Assembly (NCBI GenBank): GCA_963840855.1
Contig: CAWJBB010000079.1
Coordinates: 1 to 64,000, forward strand
Reading direction: 5' to 3'
DNA from: an uncultured delta proteobacterium
GTDB lineage: Bacteria > Desulfobacterota > Binatia > UBA9968
Length of the DNA: 64,000 nt
Position numbers and translations under genes: made by a program. The stretch's first letter is position 1; each line of letters begins with the position of its first letter. Positions 39,681 through 49,101 of this stretch are shown here, one piece after another. Under the pieces are notes generated by a model. That model did no database searches and was not told the DNA's origin. It was given only the letters and a program-made list of their open reading frames with translations.

Positions 39681-40841
39681 ATGAATCACCGGAAGGCAAG
39701 AAGGATCGGATTGATGCTAGGGATGGCTGTCGGCTTCTTCAACTTTGCTTCAATATTTTCTTTTTCGGAAGTAATGTCCGCCGACGCGCCGAAACCCAGA
39801 ATCATGTTCATTACCACTGGCGGCACGATCGCGCACCGGGAGAACCCGGATGGATCAAATAGCAGAATCGAGTTGCCAGAGGTTATTGCCAATATTCGAA
39901 AACGCTACCCCCAACCGGACGTGATAGCCCTTTTGGAAAGTATCCAGCCCACTTTCAAAGAAGTCACGCTTGTGGGTTCCAGCTCTTTGCGGTTGCAGGA
40001 CTTTCTGCACATCGCCTGGGAGACGCAGAAAGCGCTTGACCAAAACTTCGATGCGGCGATCGTAACGCACGGGACAACGACTTCTGAGGACACGTGTTAT
40101 TTCCTGAATTTGCTGGTGAATTCAAGAAAGCCTATCGTGGTCACCAATTCGCAGCGCCAACACCTTTCCGTCGGCAACGAAGGCGACAGGAATTTGCTAG
40201 ACGCCATCATGGTTGCGACTAATCGCGAATCTAACGGTAAAGGCGCGCTGCTGGTCGAGGGAGCCAAGATTGTGGCCTGTCGAGAGGTGCTAAAGAATTC
40301 AGATCGTCCCGGCGCCTTCCTAGCGCAAAACCTTGGAGTCCTTGGATGGCTGGCGGGCGGCACCTTCAGCTTGGAACAGCGGGAAGCCGTTAGATACTAT
40401 CGCGAACCAGCGCGCAAACATACGTTCAAGAGCGAACTCTCGATCAAGGACATCGTCAATCCGGACGGCACGTTCAAGCCTCTACACCGTGTGGAGGTGC
40501 TGCCTTCGTATTACGACGCTAAGCCAGACGTGGTCGATGCCCTCGTGAATTTGGGCGTGCAAGGATTTGTAATCCACGGCTTGGCTCCGAGTGGCAGCAT
40601 CTTTAGAGATCAAGCGCCTCGCCTCACCGAATTGGCGAAACAAGGAATGCCCATCGTGCAGACAACACGCAACGCTGCCAGTTACGATGCTCCGGTGCGC
40701 GCCCGCCCGCCCTTTATCGGCGGTGACGATCTCCCTTCTCACAAGGCGCGCATTTTGTTGCAACTGGCAATGCAGAAAACCGAACGATTGACAGGAGGCG
40801 CTCGCCGCGACCAGATCCAGCAGCTGTTCGACACTCACTAA
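39681..40841 (+). CDS. Exported asparaginase/glutaminase-family protein (atypical active site)
   Basis: TTGGTIA, THGTTTSEDT, KPIVVT.SQR, NLLDAI and L..HKARILLQL motifs; signal-like N-terminus; AAGGAGG RBS. Confidence 0.85.
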   Translation: MNHRKARRIGLMLGMAVGFFNFASIFSFSEVMSADAPKPRIMFITTGGTIAHRENPDGSNSRIELPEVIANIRKRYPQPDVIALLESIQPTFKEVTLVGSSSLRLQDFLHIAWETQKALDQNFDAAIVTHGTTTSEDTCYFLNLLVNSRKPIVVTNSQRQHLSVGNEGDRNLLDAIMVATNRESNGKGALLVEGAKIVACREVLKNSDRPGAFLAQNLGVLGWLAGGTFSLEQREAVRYYREPARKHTFKSELSIKDIVNPDGTFKPLHRVEVLPSYYDAKPDVVDALVNLGVQGFVIHGLAPSGSIFRDQAPRLTELAKQGMPIVQTTRNAASYDAPVRARPPFIGGDDLPSHKARILLQLAMQKTERLTGGARRDQIQQLFDTH

Positions 40842-41114
40842 GACTCGCCGGCAGCTTTGATACCAGAACGATAAAAAAAGACCAAACTGCTGACGATCCA
40901 TTACGGTGGAATCGGATGATGCAGGTGACGAGAGCGGCATTTCAGGCTCAAGCGAGGACTAAACAGGCCACTGATCCCAAGAGCCCTCACCCTCGTCAGG
41001 ACCTTTTTACATCAATCGGTCTCGTCCTGCTACCTGCTATAAATTCGATGGTAGACCCTTATGCTACGCTCTGGACTCCAATGGCATCTCGCTCATTCAA
41101 GTATCCGTGTAATC

Positions 41115-41603
41115 TCACCCGGGATCGGACGGTCTACGAAGAACCAAGTCTATTTCGTGCCTTGCTAGCAGGCTCTTCATGTCTTCGTCTTTGTCACTGA
41201 GTTTTGCGTCGTAGTAGCCATAATGCACGATCATCGCGATCACGTGAGGATAGCGAACCTTATAAATTAATGCCTGGCCTAGTGTCTCAGAAATCCTCGC
41301 CGAAGCTCGGTGGTCTTTCTTAACGAGCTTGAGCCCTATACCTATCAGTGGAGTGCTGCCCTCGTACACTTCGATATCGGGCCAAAAACTGGTCCCAAGC
41401 AGTTTTATGCTCGGCTTTGGTCTCCCAGGTCCGACACTAACGTTGCAGCCGTATTGTGTCCCATAATTACAAGTGAGGAGCGACTTGATGGCTTCGTGAA
41501 CGTGAGGCTGAAGATCGCGTTGCTCGTCGAAGTATTCGCCGCGAAGCGCCATTGATTGTAGCGTGTTAAGAATAGCGTCCTTGAGTTCCGGGTAGGTATT
41601 CAC
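41115..41603 (-). CDS. Hypothetical protein, PD-(D/E)XK nuclease-like
   Basis: FWPDIEV...IGIGLK...LGQALIY; lower GC than flanks. Confidence 0.55.
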   Translation of the reverse strand: MNTYPELKDAILNTLQSMALRGEYFDEQRDLQPHVHEAIKSLLTCNYGTQYGCNVSVGPGRPKPSIKLLGTSFWPDIEVYEGSTPLIGIGLKLVKKDHRASARISETLGQALIYKVRYPHVIAMIVHYGYYDAKLSDKDEDMKSLLARHEIDLVLRRPSDPG

Positions 41604-41729
41604 GTTGCATCAATCAGTAAAGGACTAACTTTAACACAGCGCTCACCTCAACAGGTCGCTTACGAGTTCTCAGCACACGCGCCTTCTAGCACAGTTTTGG
41701 CGCGCTCGACAATCGGGCACGTGGCTAAG

Positions 41730-41930
41730 CTAGGGACGTTGTTGACCAGCAAACTGCCGTTGGCTGAGCCCAGCCTCAGTTCGGAGAGCCGCGATTTTAC
41801 GCGCGACATGATCGTCGGCCCGAACCCTCTCCAAGGCAGCCAATCGCCCAGGTTTACCTCGATAATACCGGCGATGGAGAATCTCCACGGCGTCGGTGGT
41901 CGCTTTTCGCTTCTTTTTCTGCACGATCAA
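41730..41930 (-). pseudogene. Truncated XRE/HigA-like HTH antitoxin
   Basis: TTDAVEILHRRYY...VARKIAALRTEAGLSQRQFA, breaking off inside the HTH; AAGGAG RBS. Confidence 0.7.
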
Positions 41931-41962
41931 CTCTCCTTATAAGTATGCCGGATGGGTGGTAC

Positions 41963-42319
41963 CTAAAGCCTGACATAAGCCTCAAGTTCCAGGTGCAGTA
42001 TGAGGCCCCGGTCTATCCTGCCGAGCAACTCAGAGCTTAAAACCCCAGCGCTCCCTCGGATACGTCCCTTGTCGATGGTTCTCACTTGATCACAAAGCGC
42101 CCGTGAATCCTTCGATAAACGAGTGTCTTTAGCCGCCAACACGGGCTGCACCAGGCGTTCCGCCGCACGTCCGGTCACCGACGACAGCGGCACGACAGTC
42201 ACAGTTGATGACACATCGTTTGCTTCGGTCCGGGAAGCAATAACGCACGGACGGGTCTTTGGAACCTCTGCTCCGCGTGCTGGGTCTAGGCTAACCCACA
42301 CCAGCAAGTCCCTTACCAC
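41963..42319 (-). CDS. PemK/MazF-family toxin
   Basis: VWVSLDPARGAE..KTRPCVI, TVTVVPLSS and S.ALCDQVRTIDK.RI motifs. Confidence 0.92.
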   Translation of the reverse strand: MVRDLLVWVSLDPARGAEVPKTRPCVIASRTEANDVSSTVTVVPLSSVTGRAAERLVQPVLAAKDTRLSKDSRALCDQVRTIDKGRIRGSAGVLSSELLGRIDRGLILHLELEAYVRL

Positions 42320-42546
42320 GAAGGCCAGCCTTCTTTATCGATTTGACCAAAGTCGCGACTAATCCGACGTGACTCCTGGCGCGCGGCACGGTATTCGTCC
42401 AATAGGCGCGATTTTAGTTCCCTGGCACCGTGTTGAGCGATCCAATCGGCCAAACAGTTGTTCAAAAGCGCGCTCAAAGTTGTTTCGCCGGCCAGCTTCT
42501 TTGCCTTTTTTACCAGATCATCCTTCAGGACCACTGTGGTTCTCAT
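42313..42546 (-). CDS. Cognate antitoxin (RHH/VapB-like)
   Basis: MRTTVVLKDDLVKKAKKLAG...; overlaps the toxin start; GGAGG RBS. Confidence 0.8.
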   Translation of the reverse strand: MRTTVVLKDDLVKKAKKLAGETTLSALLNNCLADWIAQHGARELKSRLLDEYRAARQESRRISRDFGQIDKEGWPSW

Positions 42547-42555
42547 ATGCACCTC

Positions 42556-42587
42556 CAGCATACGACGATCATACAATAATCATACAC
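42556..42587 (-). promoter_or_regulatory. Triple GTATG repeat, candidate antitoxin operator and -10 region
   Basis: Minus strand gtgtatgattattgtatgatcgtcgtatgc directly upstream of the antitoxin RBS. Confidence 0.45.
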
Positions 42588-43034
42588 CAGTTATCGACTT
42601 CTAAAGGATGAGGGCAAAGGGATAACGGATAAAATGTCGGAGAACTATGCGCACCAAAGAATCGATGCCCGTTCCAATAGTTCAAATCGTTCAACCGCTG
42701 CGCTCCGTTCAAATCGTTCGAGGAATGAGAAAAACCAACGGGGAGCTTGCACGTTTTGAGAATTCTCAAACCGTTGAAATAAAGCGTTTTACTTTTCATC
42801 CGTAACTGCTCGTGGTAGCCGGCATTCGCGAGCCAGCTCTATATAAGGATACGGATCCCGCCGGCGCATCGAAGGTAAGCGGGAGGAGGATTTAGGAACT
42901 CTTGGGATATTGCGGGAGCGGGAAGGGAAACGTGATCGTGGCCCCAAGATGGATAAAGCCAAAAGGACAATAGGAAGATCTGTTCGTGACACGTGAGCGT
43001 GGAAAAAAAGATGTGATTTTGGAGCGTGCTCTAA

Positions 43035-43200
43035 AACTCAACGCCAATCGTTCTTTTTTGGCCCGCTCTCGCGAATTATACCGATCCATGCGCGCATATC
43101 CATGGGCCGTGTCGTAACGGATCACCGGCTTCCATTCGTCGCGGACTTCGCTCTGTAACTGGACGACGAGCTCGACTACCCTGCGCGCCTGGTTCGATGG
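43035..43200 (-). pseudogene. Remnant of a small 'RYDTAHG' family gene (TA-associated-like)
   Basis: VVELVVQLQSEVRDEWKPVIRYDTAHGYARMDRY; no clean start or end. Confidence 0.55.
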
Positions 43201-43234
43201 CCGCTGCGCGATGAAAACCGGCAAGCCGCAATGC

Positions 43235-43906
43235 TCAGCGCGGCTGCTCCGCGAGCTGCTCGACAACGTCTTTGGCGATAACCAATTCTTCGCCGGAGAC
43301 CTTGGCGTAGTGTTTGATCGCCTCGACGCGCCGGCCGTCACGGTAGAGATTCACGACGGTCTGCTTCAGTTCAGGCGCCATCGCGGCGACGAGTTCCGCG
43401 ACTTTCGCTGCCCGCCGCCCGCGCTCCTGCTTCGCGATGCGCGCCGCTTCGACGGTTTCCGGCGTAGGACAGCCGGTGATTTCCTGGAAGCGATTTCCCT
43501 CGTACACCAGTTGCAAAAGAATCATCGTAGATTTGGCCGGCGTCGAATTGAAATCGATTTGTAAGCGGTGCGTGGGCCGCACCGAGTAGTCGAACTTGTC
43601 GGCGAAAAGTGGCAATTCTCCCGCCGGCGATTTGGTGACTCGCCACTTGAAATCGGCGGGTATCCTATGGCGAGTCTGACGCTTGATCATTTCCTCGGTC
43701 ATGGAGCGGAAATCCTGATTGCCGCAGGCAAGGGCTCGCGGGTGCATAAGCGCCTTGCGCCGCTCGACGCTGCCGCTGTTAATGGCGTCCACCAGGCTCG
43801 CGGCAAACGCGCGTTCCTGTTCGGCGTTTTGCGCTTGAACAAGCCCCGTCATGCAAAATAGTAGAACGAACTGACAAGCGGCCTGAAGGACTGATTTCTT
43901 CATCAT
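43235..43906 (-). CDS. Exported hypothetical protein with a C-terminal ribosomal L7/L12-CTD-like motif
   Basis: Signal peptide (VQA/Q); C-terminal GRRVEAIKHYAKVSGEELVIAKDVVEQL; AGGAG RBS. Confidence 0.7.
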   Translation of the reverse strand: MMKKSVLQAACQFVLLFCMTGLVQAQNAEQERAFAASLVDAINSGSVERRKALMHPRALACGNQDFRSMTEEMIKRQTRHRIPADFKWRVTKSPAGELPLFADKFDYSVRPTHRLQIDFNSTPAKSTMILLQLVYEGNRFQEITGCPTPETVEAARIAKQERGRRAAKVAELVAAMAPELKQTVVNLYRDGRRVEAIKHYAKVSGEELVIAKDVVEQLAEQPR

Positions 43907-43997
43907 GGCTCTCCTGGATTTTTGCGCCGCGTTTGCGCGCGGCGCATACAGGAAGGAAATCGGCGCCTATCCCCGTCGGTTTAGCCGGTTGAGTGAA

Positions 43998-44723
43998 TCA
44001 AACGGGAATTAATAGACCCCGGCTGGCGAGGGCGACCAGACGATCCAGATTGGTGAGAAAATCGTCGCGAAGCGCCGGCGCGCGGGTCAAGCGCCAGAGA
44101 ATCTCTCCATTCGACCAGGCGGTTTCGCGCGCCTTGCGCACGGAGAAGTTCGCGATGCGGTCATCGAGCCGGCCCAGATCTTCGTCGATGAGGCCGACGA
44201 TTCCCGTCGCGATGAATTGTTTCGCCTGCTCCTGCGCGGCATCGATAATCGCGTTAACCTTATCGAAGTCCCGGTGTTCGCGGTTGCCGCGCTTTGGCGC
44301 AAGGCGAAGTTCTTTGCCGGTTTGTACCAAGGCGATGGGCAAGTCGTGATTGATGTGCGCGTTGATCCCGGCCAGGGCGAACTGTACCCGCATGATGCCC
44401 CGCTTGTCTCGTAGTTCGAGCAGCGGCGACCAGGATCTCGCCATGTGGCTACGGTCGGAGTGCCAATGCGTAAGGGCGGCGAAATAGAGTTTTGCGAATA
44501 TTACGTCGAGCCGCTCCAACCACTTGGGGTTCTCCCACTGAACCACGGCTGACCGGTCCCGGACTCCTTCCGACACTGAAAGGTAAAGCAAGTTGAACCA
44601 TTTGAGACCATCTTCATCGACCAGCTCGCCGTCCAGCGCGCGCAGGAGTGAAATGACGTCGTGGACCGTGTCTATCGATGTGGAGGCGATCAGCTCGGCA
44701 ACTTTATGTTCGTCAGTCGGCAT
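43998..44723 (-). CDS. DUF5995-like protein
   Basis: DGLKWFNLLYL.V, RLDVIFA.LYF.A and QFALAGINAHINHDLP.AL motifs. Confidence 0.8.
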   Translation of the reverse strand: MPTDEHKVAELIASTSIDTVHDVISLLRALDGELVDEDGLKWFNLLYLSVSEGVRDRSAVVQWENPKWLERLDVIFAKLYFAALTHWHSDRSHMARSWSPLLELRDKRGIMRVQFALAGINAHINHDLPIALVQTGKELRLAPKRGNREHRDFDKVNAIIDAAQEQAKQFIATGIVGLIDEDLGRLDDRIANFSVRKARETAWSNGEILWRLTRAPALRDDFLTNLDRLVALASRGLLIPV

Positions 44724-44775
44724 ATCGCGAAAATATATGAGCACAGTCGAAGGATGGGTCTTTTTCGGCAGCCCG

Positions 44776-46554
44776 TTAGCTTTGCTGAATGCCGTAGCGG
44801 CGCGCGAAAGCGTAGTAAAGGATCGCAACGGCGACCAGGATCACCGTCCAGATCACGCCGAAAGCCGCCAGCTCGCCGATTTGCGCGTTTTCCCAGAGTT
44901 CGAAGATGGCAACGGACACCACCGGTGTTTGCGGGCTGACCAGCAGTACTGACATCGATAGCTCTTTTGCGGACAGTAGAAAAACGAATATCCATCCGCC
45001 CAGAAACGACGGCGTAATCAGCGGCAGAATAATCCGGCGCATGGAGTTAAACCATGACGCGCCTGAAACATAGGAAGCCTCCTCCAATTCCTTGTGCAGC
45101 GACAACAGGCCGGAATGAGTGTAGCGGATGCCATAGGGAATGTAGCGGGTGGCGAAGGCTATCAACAGTATCCAGAGTGTTCCGTATACCGGTATGGGCA
45201 CGAAGAGATAAAACCTGAGAATTGCCAGTCCCATCACGATGCCGGGAAACAAGAGCGGCAGCGTCGTTAAAAAATCGAGCAGCCAGCGCCCGCGTATTTT
45301 GGTTCGCACCAAAATCCACGAGGCGAGCAGGGTCAGGATCATCACGAAACTGGCGCTGCCGAGCCCAAGGAGGATGCTGTTTTTTATGGAGTCGGTGATC
45401 TTCGGAAAGTTGAACGCGGTGACGTAGTTCTTGAGGGTAAATTTGCCAATCGCCTCCACCGACGGCTGCATGTAAAACGGCAGAAACGACGCCCAGAGAA
45501 TGATCAGAAATGGCAGCACCAGGAGCACCAAAGAATAAATCAAAAGGCCGGACGCCGCGACGTATCGCCAGCGGCCGAGATGGATCAGCGCGGGCCGGTA
45601 GCCTTTGCCGGTCACGGTGTGAAACCGTTCGCCCTCGCGCGTGATGCGGAAGTAGAGATAGAGCATGCCCGCGACCACGAGCATGAGCAGCACGGCGAAC
45701 GCGCCGGCGCTGCCGTAGCGGGGCGGCAGTTTTTGCGCGTCCAGATAGATCGAAGTCGTCAGCACTCGAATGTCGCCGGGAAGACCGACCAGCGCGGGAA
45801 TCTCGAAGGACTCGAAAGTGCGAATGAAAATCAGCAGCAGAACCGAGAAAAAAGCCGGCAGCATCAAACGCAGGGAGACGCGCCGCAGCGTCTGCCAGAG
45901 GCGGGCGCCGCAAACTGACGAAGCCTCTTCCAGGGCCGGGTCCATGGAGCGAAACGCCGCGGCGAGCATGAGAAAAACAAACGGCGACCACAAGAGCGAT
46001 TCGATGAGAATCATGCCCAAGAGGGAATAGATATTGATGACCGGACTGGTTTGATTGAGCAGGATCTTGAGCCAGTAATTGATCGGTCCGGCTCTGCCGA
46101 GCAGCAGCAGCCAACCGATGGTGTACAAAATGAACGGCGTGCCGAATGACGCGAAGGCGGTGAAGTATCCCAAGCCGCGTAGCGGCACGTCCGTGCGCGT
46201 CACGACCCAGGCGATGGAGCCGCCCAACAGCGTCGCGAAGACCGCGCTGCCGATGGAAAAATAGAGGCTATTTAAGAACGGTCCGATGATGCTCAGCTCG
46301 GCGAGAAGCTGGCGATAATATTGGAATGTAAACTGGTCGATTTCGCCGGTGAGCTTGGTAGTAAACAGGCTTGTTTGGATCACCGAATAAAGCGGCGGCA
46401 AAACGAGATAGGCCGTGACCACCGAAACGGCGATCATCACGCAGGTGGCGGCATCCAGGCGCGATGTCAGACCGAGAGCGAACCCCCGCGCTCCCGGCGC
46501 CGCTTGAGACTTGATCGGAGCATTATAGGTTTGCGACGATGGTTGTTTTGCCAT
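44776..46554 (-). CDS. ABC permease (FbpB-like)
   Basis: AWVVTRTDVP, DPALEEASSVCGA, TVTGKGYRP and HKELEEASYVSGA motifs. Confidence 0.9.
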   Translation of the reverse strand: MAKQPSSQTYNAPIKSQAAPGARGFALGLTSRLDAATCVMIAVSVVTAYLVLPPLYSVIQTSLFTTKLTGEIDQFTFQYYRQLLAELSIIGPFLNSLYFSIGSAVFATLLGGSIAWVVTRTDVPLRGLGYFTAFASFGTPFILYTIGWLLLLGRAGPINYWLKILLNQTSPVINIYSLLGMILIESLLWSPFVFLMLAAAFRSMDPALEEASSVCGARLWQTLRRVSLRLMLPAFFSVLLLIFIRTFESFEIPALVGLPGDIRVLTTSIYLDAQKLPPRYGSAGAFAVLLMLVVAGMLYLYFRITREGERFHTVTGKGYRPALIHLGRWRYVAASGLLIYSLVLLVLPFLIILWASFLPFYMQPSVEAIGKFTLKNYVTAFNFPKITDSIKNSILLGLGSASFVMILTLLASWILVRTKIRGRWLLDFLTTLPLLFPGIVMGLAILRFYLFVPIPVYGTLWILLIAFATRYIPYGIRYTHSGLLSLHKELEEASYVSGASWFNSMRRIILPLITPSFLGGWIFVFLLSAKELSMSVLLVSPQTPVVSVAIFELWENAQIGELAAFGVIWTVILVAVAILYYAFARRYGIQQS

Positions 46555-46724
46555 GGCGGCGAGCGATGAGAACCCATCCCCGTTAATTCTCACGCGAAGC
46601 TAGTCTGATCGACTTCGTCTGTCAAGGCAGAACGCGAACGTCGTTGCAGCAAAATCAAACCACGGGACAAGCTATAGAAGATTGCGGCGTACGGCAGCGG
46701 CGCGGGGCACAGACGCGTGCAGGT

Positions 46725-47807
46725 TCACTTCAAGAAGTTATTCTCGAAATACTCAACCCACGCGTTCCCTTCATTCAATTGTGAGTCGGGGGTAAAATAG
46801 AGCGCCCGCTTGAACCGGCCGCCGCCGGGCTTCAGATCCGGTTGCTTCGCCGGAACTTTCGGATGTGACGGCAAATAGTTGACCGATTGGAATACCCTCT
46901 GTCCTTTTTCAGACAAAATGAAATCGATTAAAAGCATCGTGGCATGAGGGTGCGGCGATCTCGTCACCGGCGAGATCGTATTGATGGTGGCCGATGCCGG
47001 CTCCAACGCGTACCAATCCACCGGCGCGCCGGCGGATTTGCTGATGTGGGCATGATGATTGAAGATGTGCAACGCGATCGGATACTCGCCGGCGATCACG
47101 AGATCCAGGAGCTGCCGGTTGCTGGCGGTGGTCTTGGCGACGTTCTGTCCTTTTAACTTTTGCAGGTACGCCCGGGCCTTCTCCTGCCCCATGGTCTGGA
47201 AAAGGTTGCCGATCATCATCGGCGCGCCGGAGCCGCGGCTGGTGGACCACATCATCTGGCCTTTCCAGCGCGGGTTGAGCAGGTCTTCATAAGTCTTTGG
47301 AACTTCATTAGGCTTGACCATGCGGGTGTTGTAGCCGAGGGAAAAGAAATAGACATTGCTCACTGCCCAAAAACCCTGAGGGTCTTTCAACTCAGCGGGA
47401 TATTCGGCGAGATGCGGCGAATAAAAGCGCTGCAAGTAGCCCGCCTGCTTGATCATCGGCGCCGTCACCGTGCCATCGGCAATGTCCACCTCGTATTTCT
47501 TGGCCTGATATTCGGCGAACATTCTCTGCACCAGCCGTTCGGAGTTGCCGCGGAAGAATTCAATCTGTAGAAAAGGATACTCTTTTTCGAAGGCGTCTTT
47601 CACCGGCCTGACCACCTGATCGACGATGAGCGAGGTGTACCACGTTATCTTCCCTTCCTTGCGCGCCCCTTCGACGAGCATCTTTCGGCGGTCGGGTTTA
47701 TTATAGAGGCTGATTTCCTCCACCGACGCGGCGCGGGAAAGCGCAACCGGCGACAAACCAACGATGCTCATGATAACGGCCGTAAAAAGAACTTTCGGAA
47801 GTTTCAT
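46725..47807 (-). CDS. ABC extracellular solute-binding protein
   Basis: Signal peptide; GARKEGK, GYNTRMV...PKTYEDLLNPRWKG and PHPHA motifs; close paralog of 57911. Confidence 0.88.
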   Translation of the reverse strand: MKLPKVLFTAVIMSIVGLSPVALSRAASVEEISLYNKPDRRKMLVEGARKEGKITWYTSLIVDQVVRPVKDAFEKEYPFLQIEFFRGNSERLVQRMFAEYQAKKYEVDIADGTVTAPMIKQAGYLQRFYSPHLAEYPAELKDPQGFWAVSNVYFFSLGYNTRMVKPNEVPKTYEDLLNPRWKGQMMWSTSRGSGAPMMIGNLFQTMGQEKARAYLQKLKGQNVAKTTASNRQLLDLVIAGEYPIALHIFNHHAHISKSAGAPVDWYALEPASATINTISPVTRSPHPHATMLLIDFILSEKGQRVFQSVNYLPSHPKVPAKQPDLKPGGGRFKRALYFTPDSQLNEGNAWVEYFENNFLK

Positions 47808-47841
47808 TTTTTATCTCCAGAAGTCTAGAAGAACCGCTCGC

Positions 47842-48966
47842 TTATTTCAGAATCGTCTCGGCGAACCGGCCGGCCGGTACTCTGACTTTGGTGTACTTGT
47901 CTTCCAGATGATTTCTCAGCCGGTGATAATCTTGCAGCGTAAGAACGTCCTTGGCAGCGGTGACGCCGATCTCATTCAGCCATTTGGTATCGACATCGAG
48001 ACGGCGCGATCCGTTCTCCATGATCCTGCCGTACCAATCTTGCCCTTCTCGGCTTAGGAACCAGTTAATAAAAACCTTCGTGGCATTGGGATGCGGCGGA
48101 TTTTTAACGATGCCGATCACGCCGAAGCTGTTGCTCGCCGGCAAACCCTCTTTCGGCGCCGGCACCGGTTTGAGCGGCAAACCCGCGCTGACGAAAGGAT
48201 CGGTCTGACTTCGCCCCAAGCCGAACGCGATGGCAACTTTACCTTTGCCCAGGGCGTCGGCGAGTTGGCGCAAGTCACGGGTGATGAACAGCTCCTGCTG
48301 CACCAGTTTTTTCAGAAATTCCTCGCCTTTGAGCTCCCACATAAATGACCAGATGGATTGTCCGGAGCTCGGCACGCGCGGGTCGCTGAAACCGATCTTG
48401 CCTTTCCATTTCGGATTGAGGTAGTCGTCGAAAACGCGCAATTCTTCCGGCTTTGCCAGGCTGGTGTTATACCACACGCCATGAGTGCTGACATCCGCCA
48501 GGAATGAATAAAGGAATTTATGCGTGCTCACGTTATCTTCCCAGATATGGCCGCCCCACCACTGTTTGGCATCTTTGACCTCGGGAACAAACCAGAATGG
48601 CTCCATGGGTTCGAGCATGCCGTCGTGGGTGAGACCCGCCGCGGTGCCGGTGCCACAGATGATGGCGTCGAAATAGCGCACTCCGGCCTTCTGTTCCGCT
48701 GCGATCCGGCTTGCGTTTTTCGGCCCCGGCGCCGGCACCAACTCAGCTTCCAGGCCTAATTTTTGCCGCAACACCGTTTCCATTTCTTTGCGCAACTCGC
48801 TCGCCGGTGGTATCGCGAGCACGATCTTGCCTTCCTTTTTAGCGGCCTCAATGGCTTTGTCCCAATCCGGCGAGCGCTTGGCGTCAGCTCCGTGAGCCCC
48901 ACCGGAGAAAACCAGCATTAAACCAATAATAATGATAGCGCACCAATCACGCTTCTCCATGCGCAT
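47842..48966 (-). CDS. ABC extracellular solute-binding protein
   Basis: Signal peptide; AAKKEGK, LNPKWKGKI and PHPNATKVFINWFLSREGQ motifs; paralog of 6058. Confidence 0.88.
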   Translation of the reverse strand: MRMEKRDWCAIIIIGLMLVFSGGAHGADAKRSPDWDKAIEAAKKEGKIVLAIPPASELRKEMETVLRQKLGLEAELVPAPGPKNASRIAAEQKAGVRYFDAIICGTGTAAGLTHDGMLEPMEPFWFVPEVKDAKQWWGGHIWEDNVSTHKFLYSFLADVSTHGVWYNTSLAKPEELRVFDDYLNPKWKGKIGFSDPRVPSSGQSIWSFMWELKGEEFLKKLVQQELFITRDLRQLADALGKGKVAIAFGLGRSQTDPFVSAGLPLKPVPAPKEGLPASNSFGVIGIVKNPPHPNATKVFINWFLSREGQDWYGRIMENGSRRLDVDTKWLNEIGVTAAKDVLTLQDYHRLRNHLEDKYTKVRVPAGRFAETILK

Positions 48967-49101
48967 CGACTCACCTCCGTGGTAAGGGTTGCTCACCGGA
49001 CCTCTAGTTTACATCCCGAAAGCGTAGGCGGAAAAGAGCAACCAGAATCCGGCTGCGAGAAATTCTTTCTTCATCGAACGTTGACGGCAGACTGTTGGCT
49101 T

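Noticed and set aside
40926-41000. Hammerhead ribozyme (CUGACGAG on the minus strand)
   Set aside because: GAAA does not follow the candidate stem II directly, and I could not build stems I and III with a cleavage triplet.
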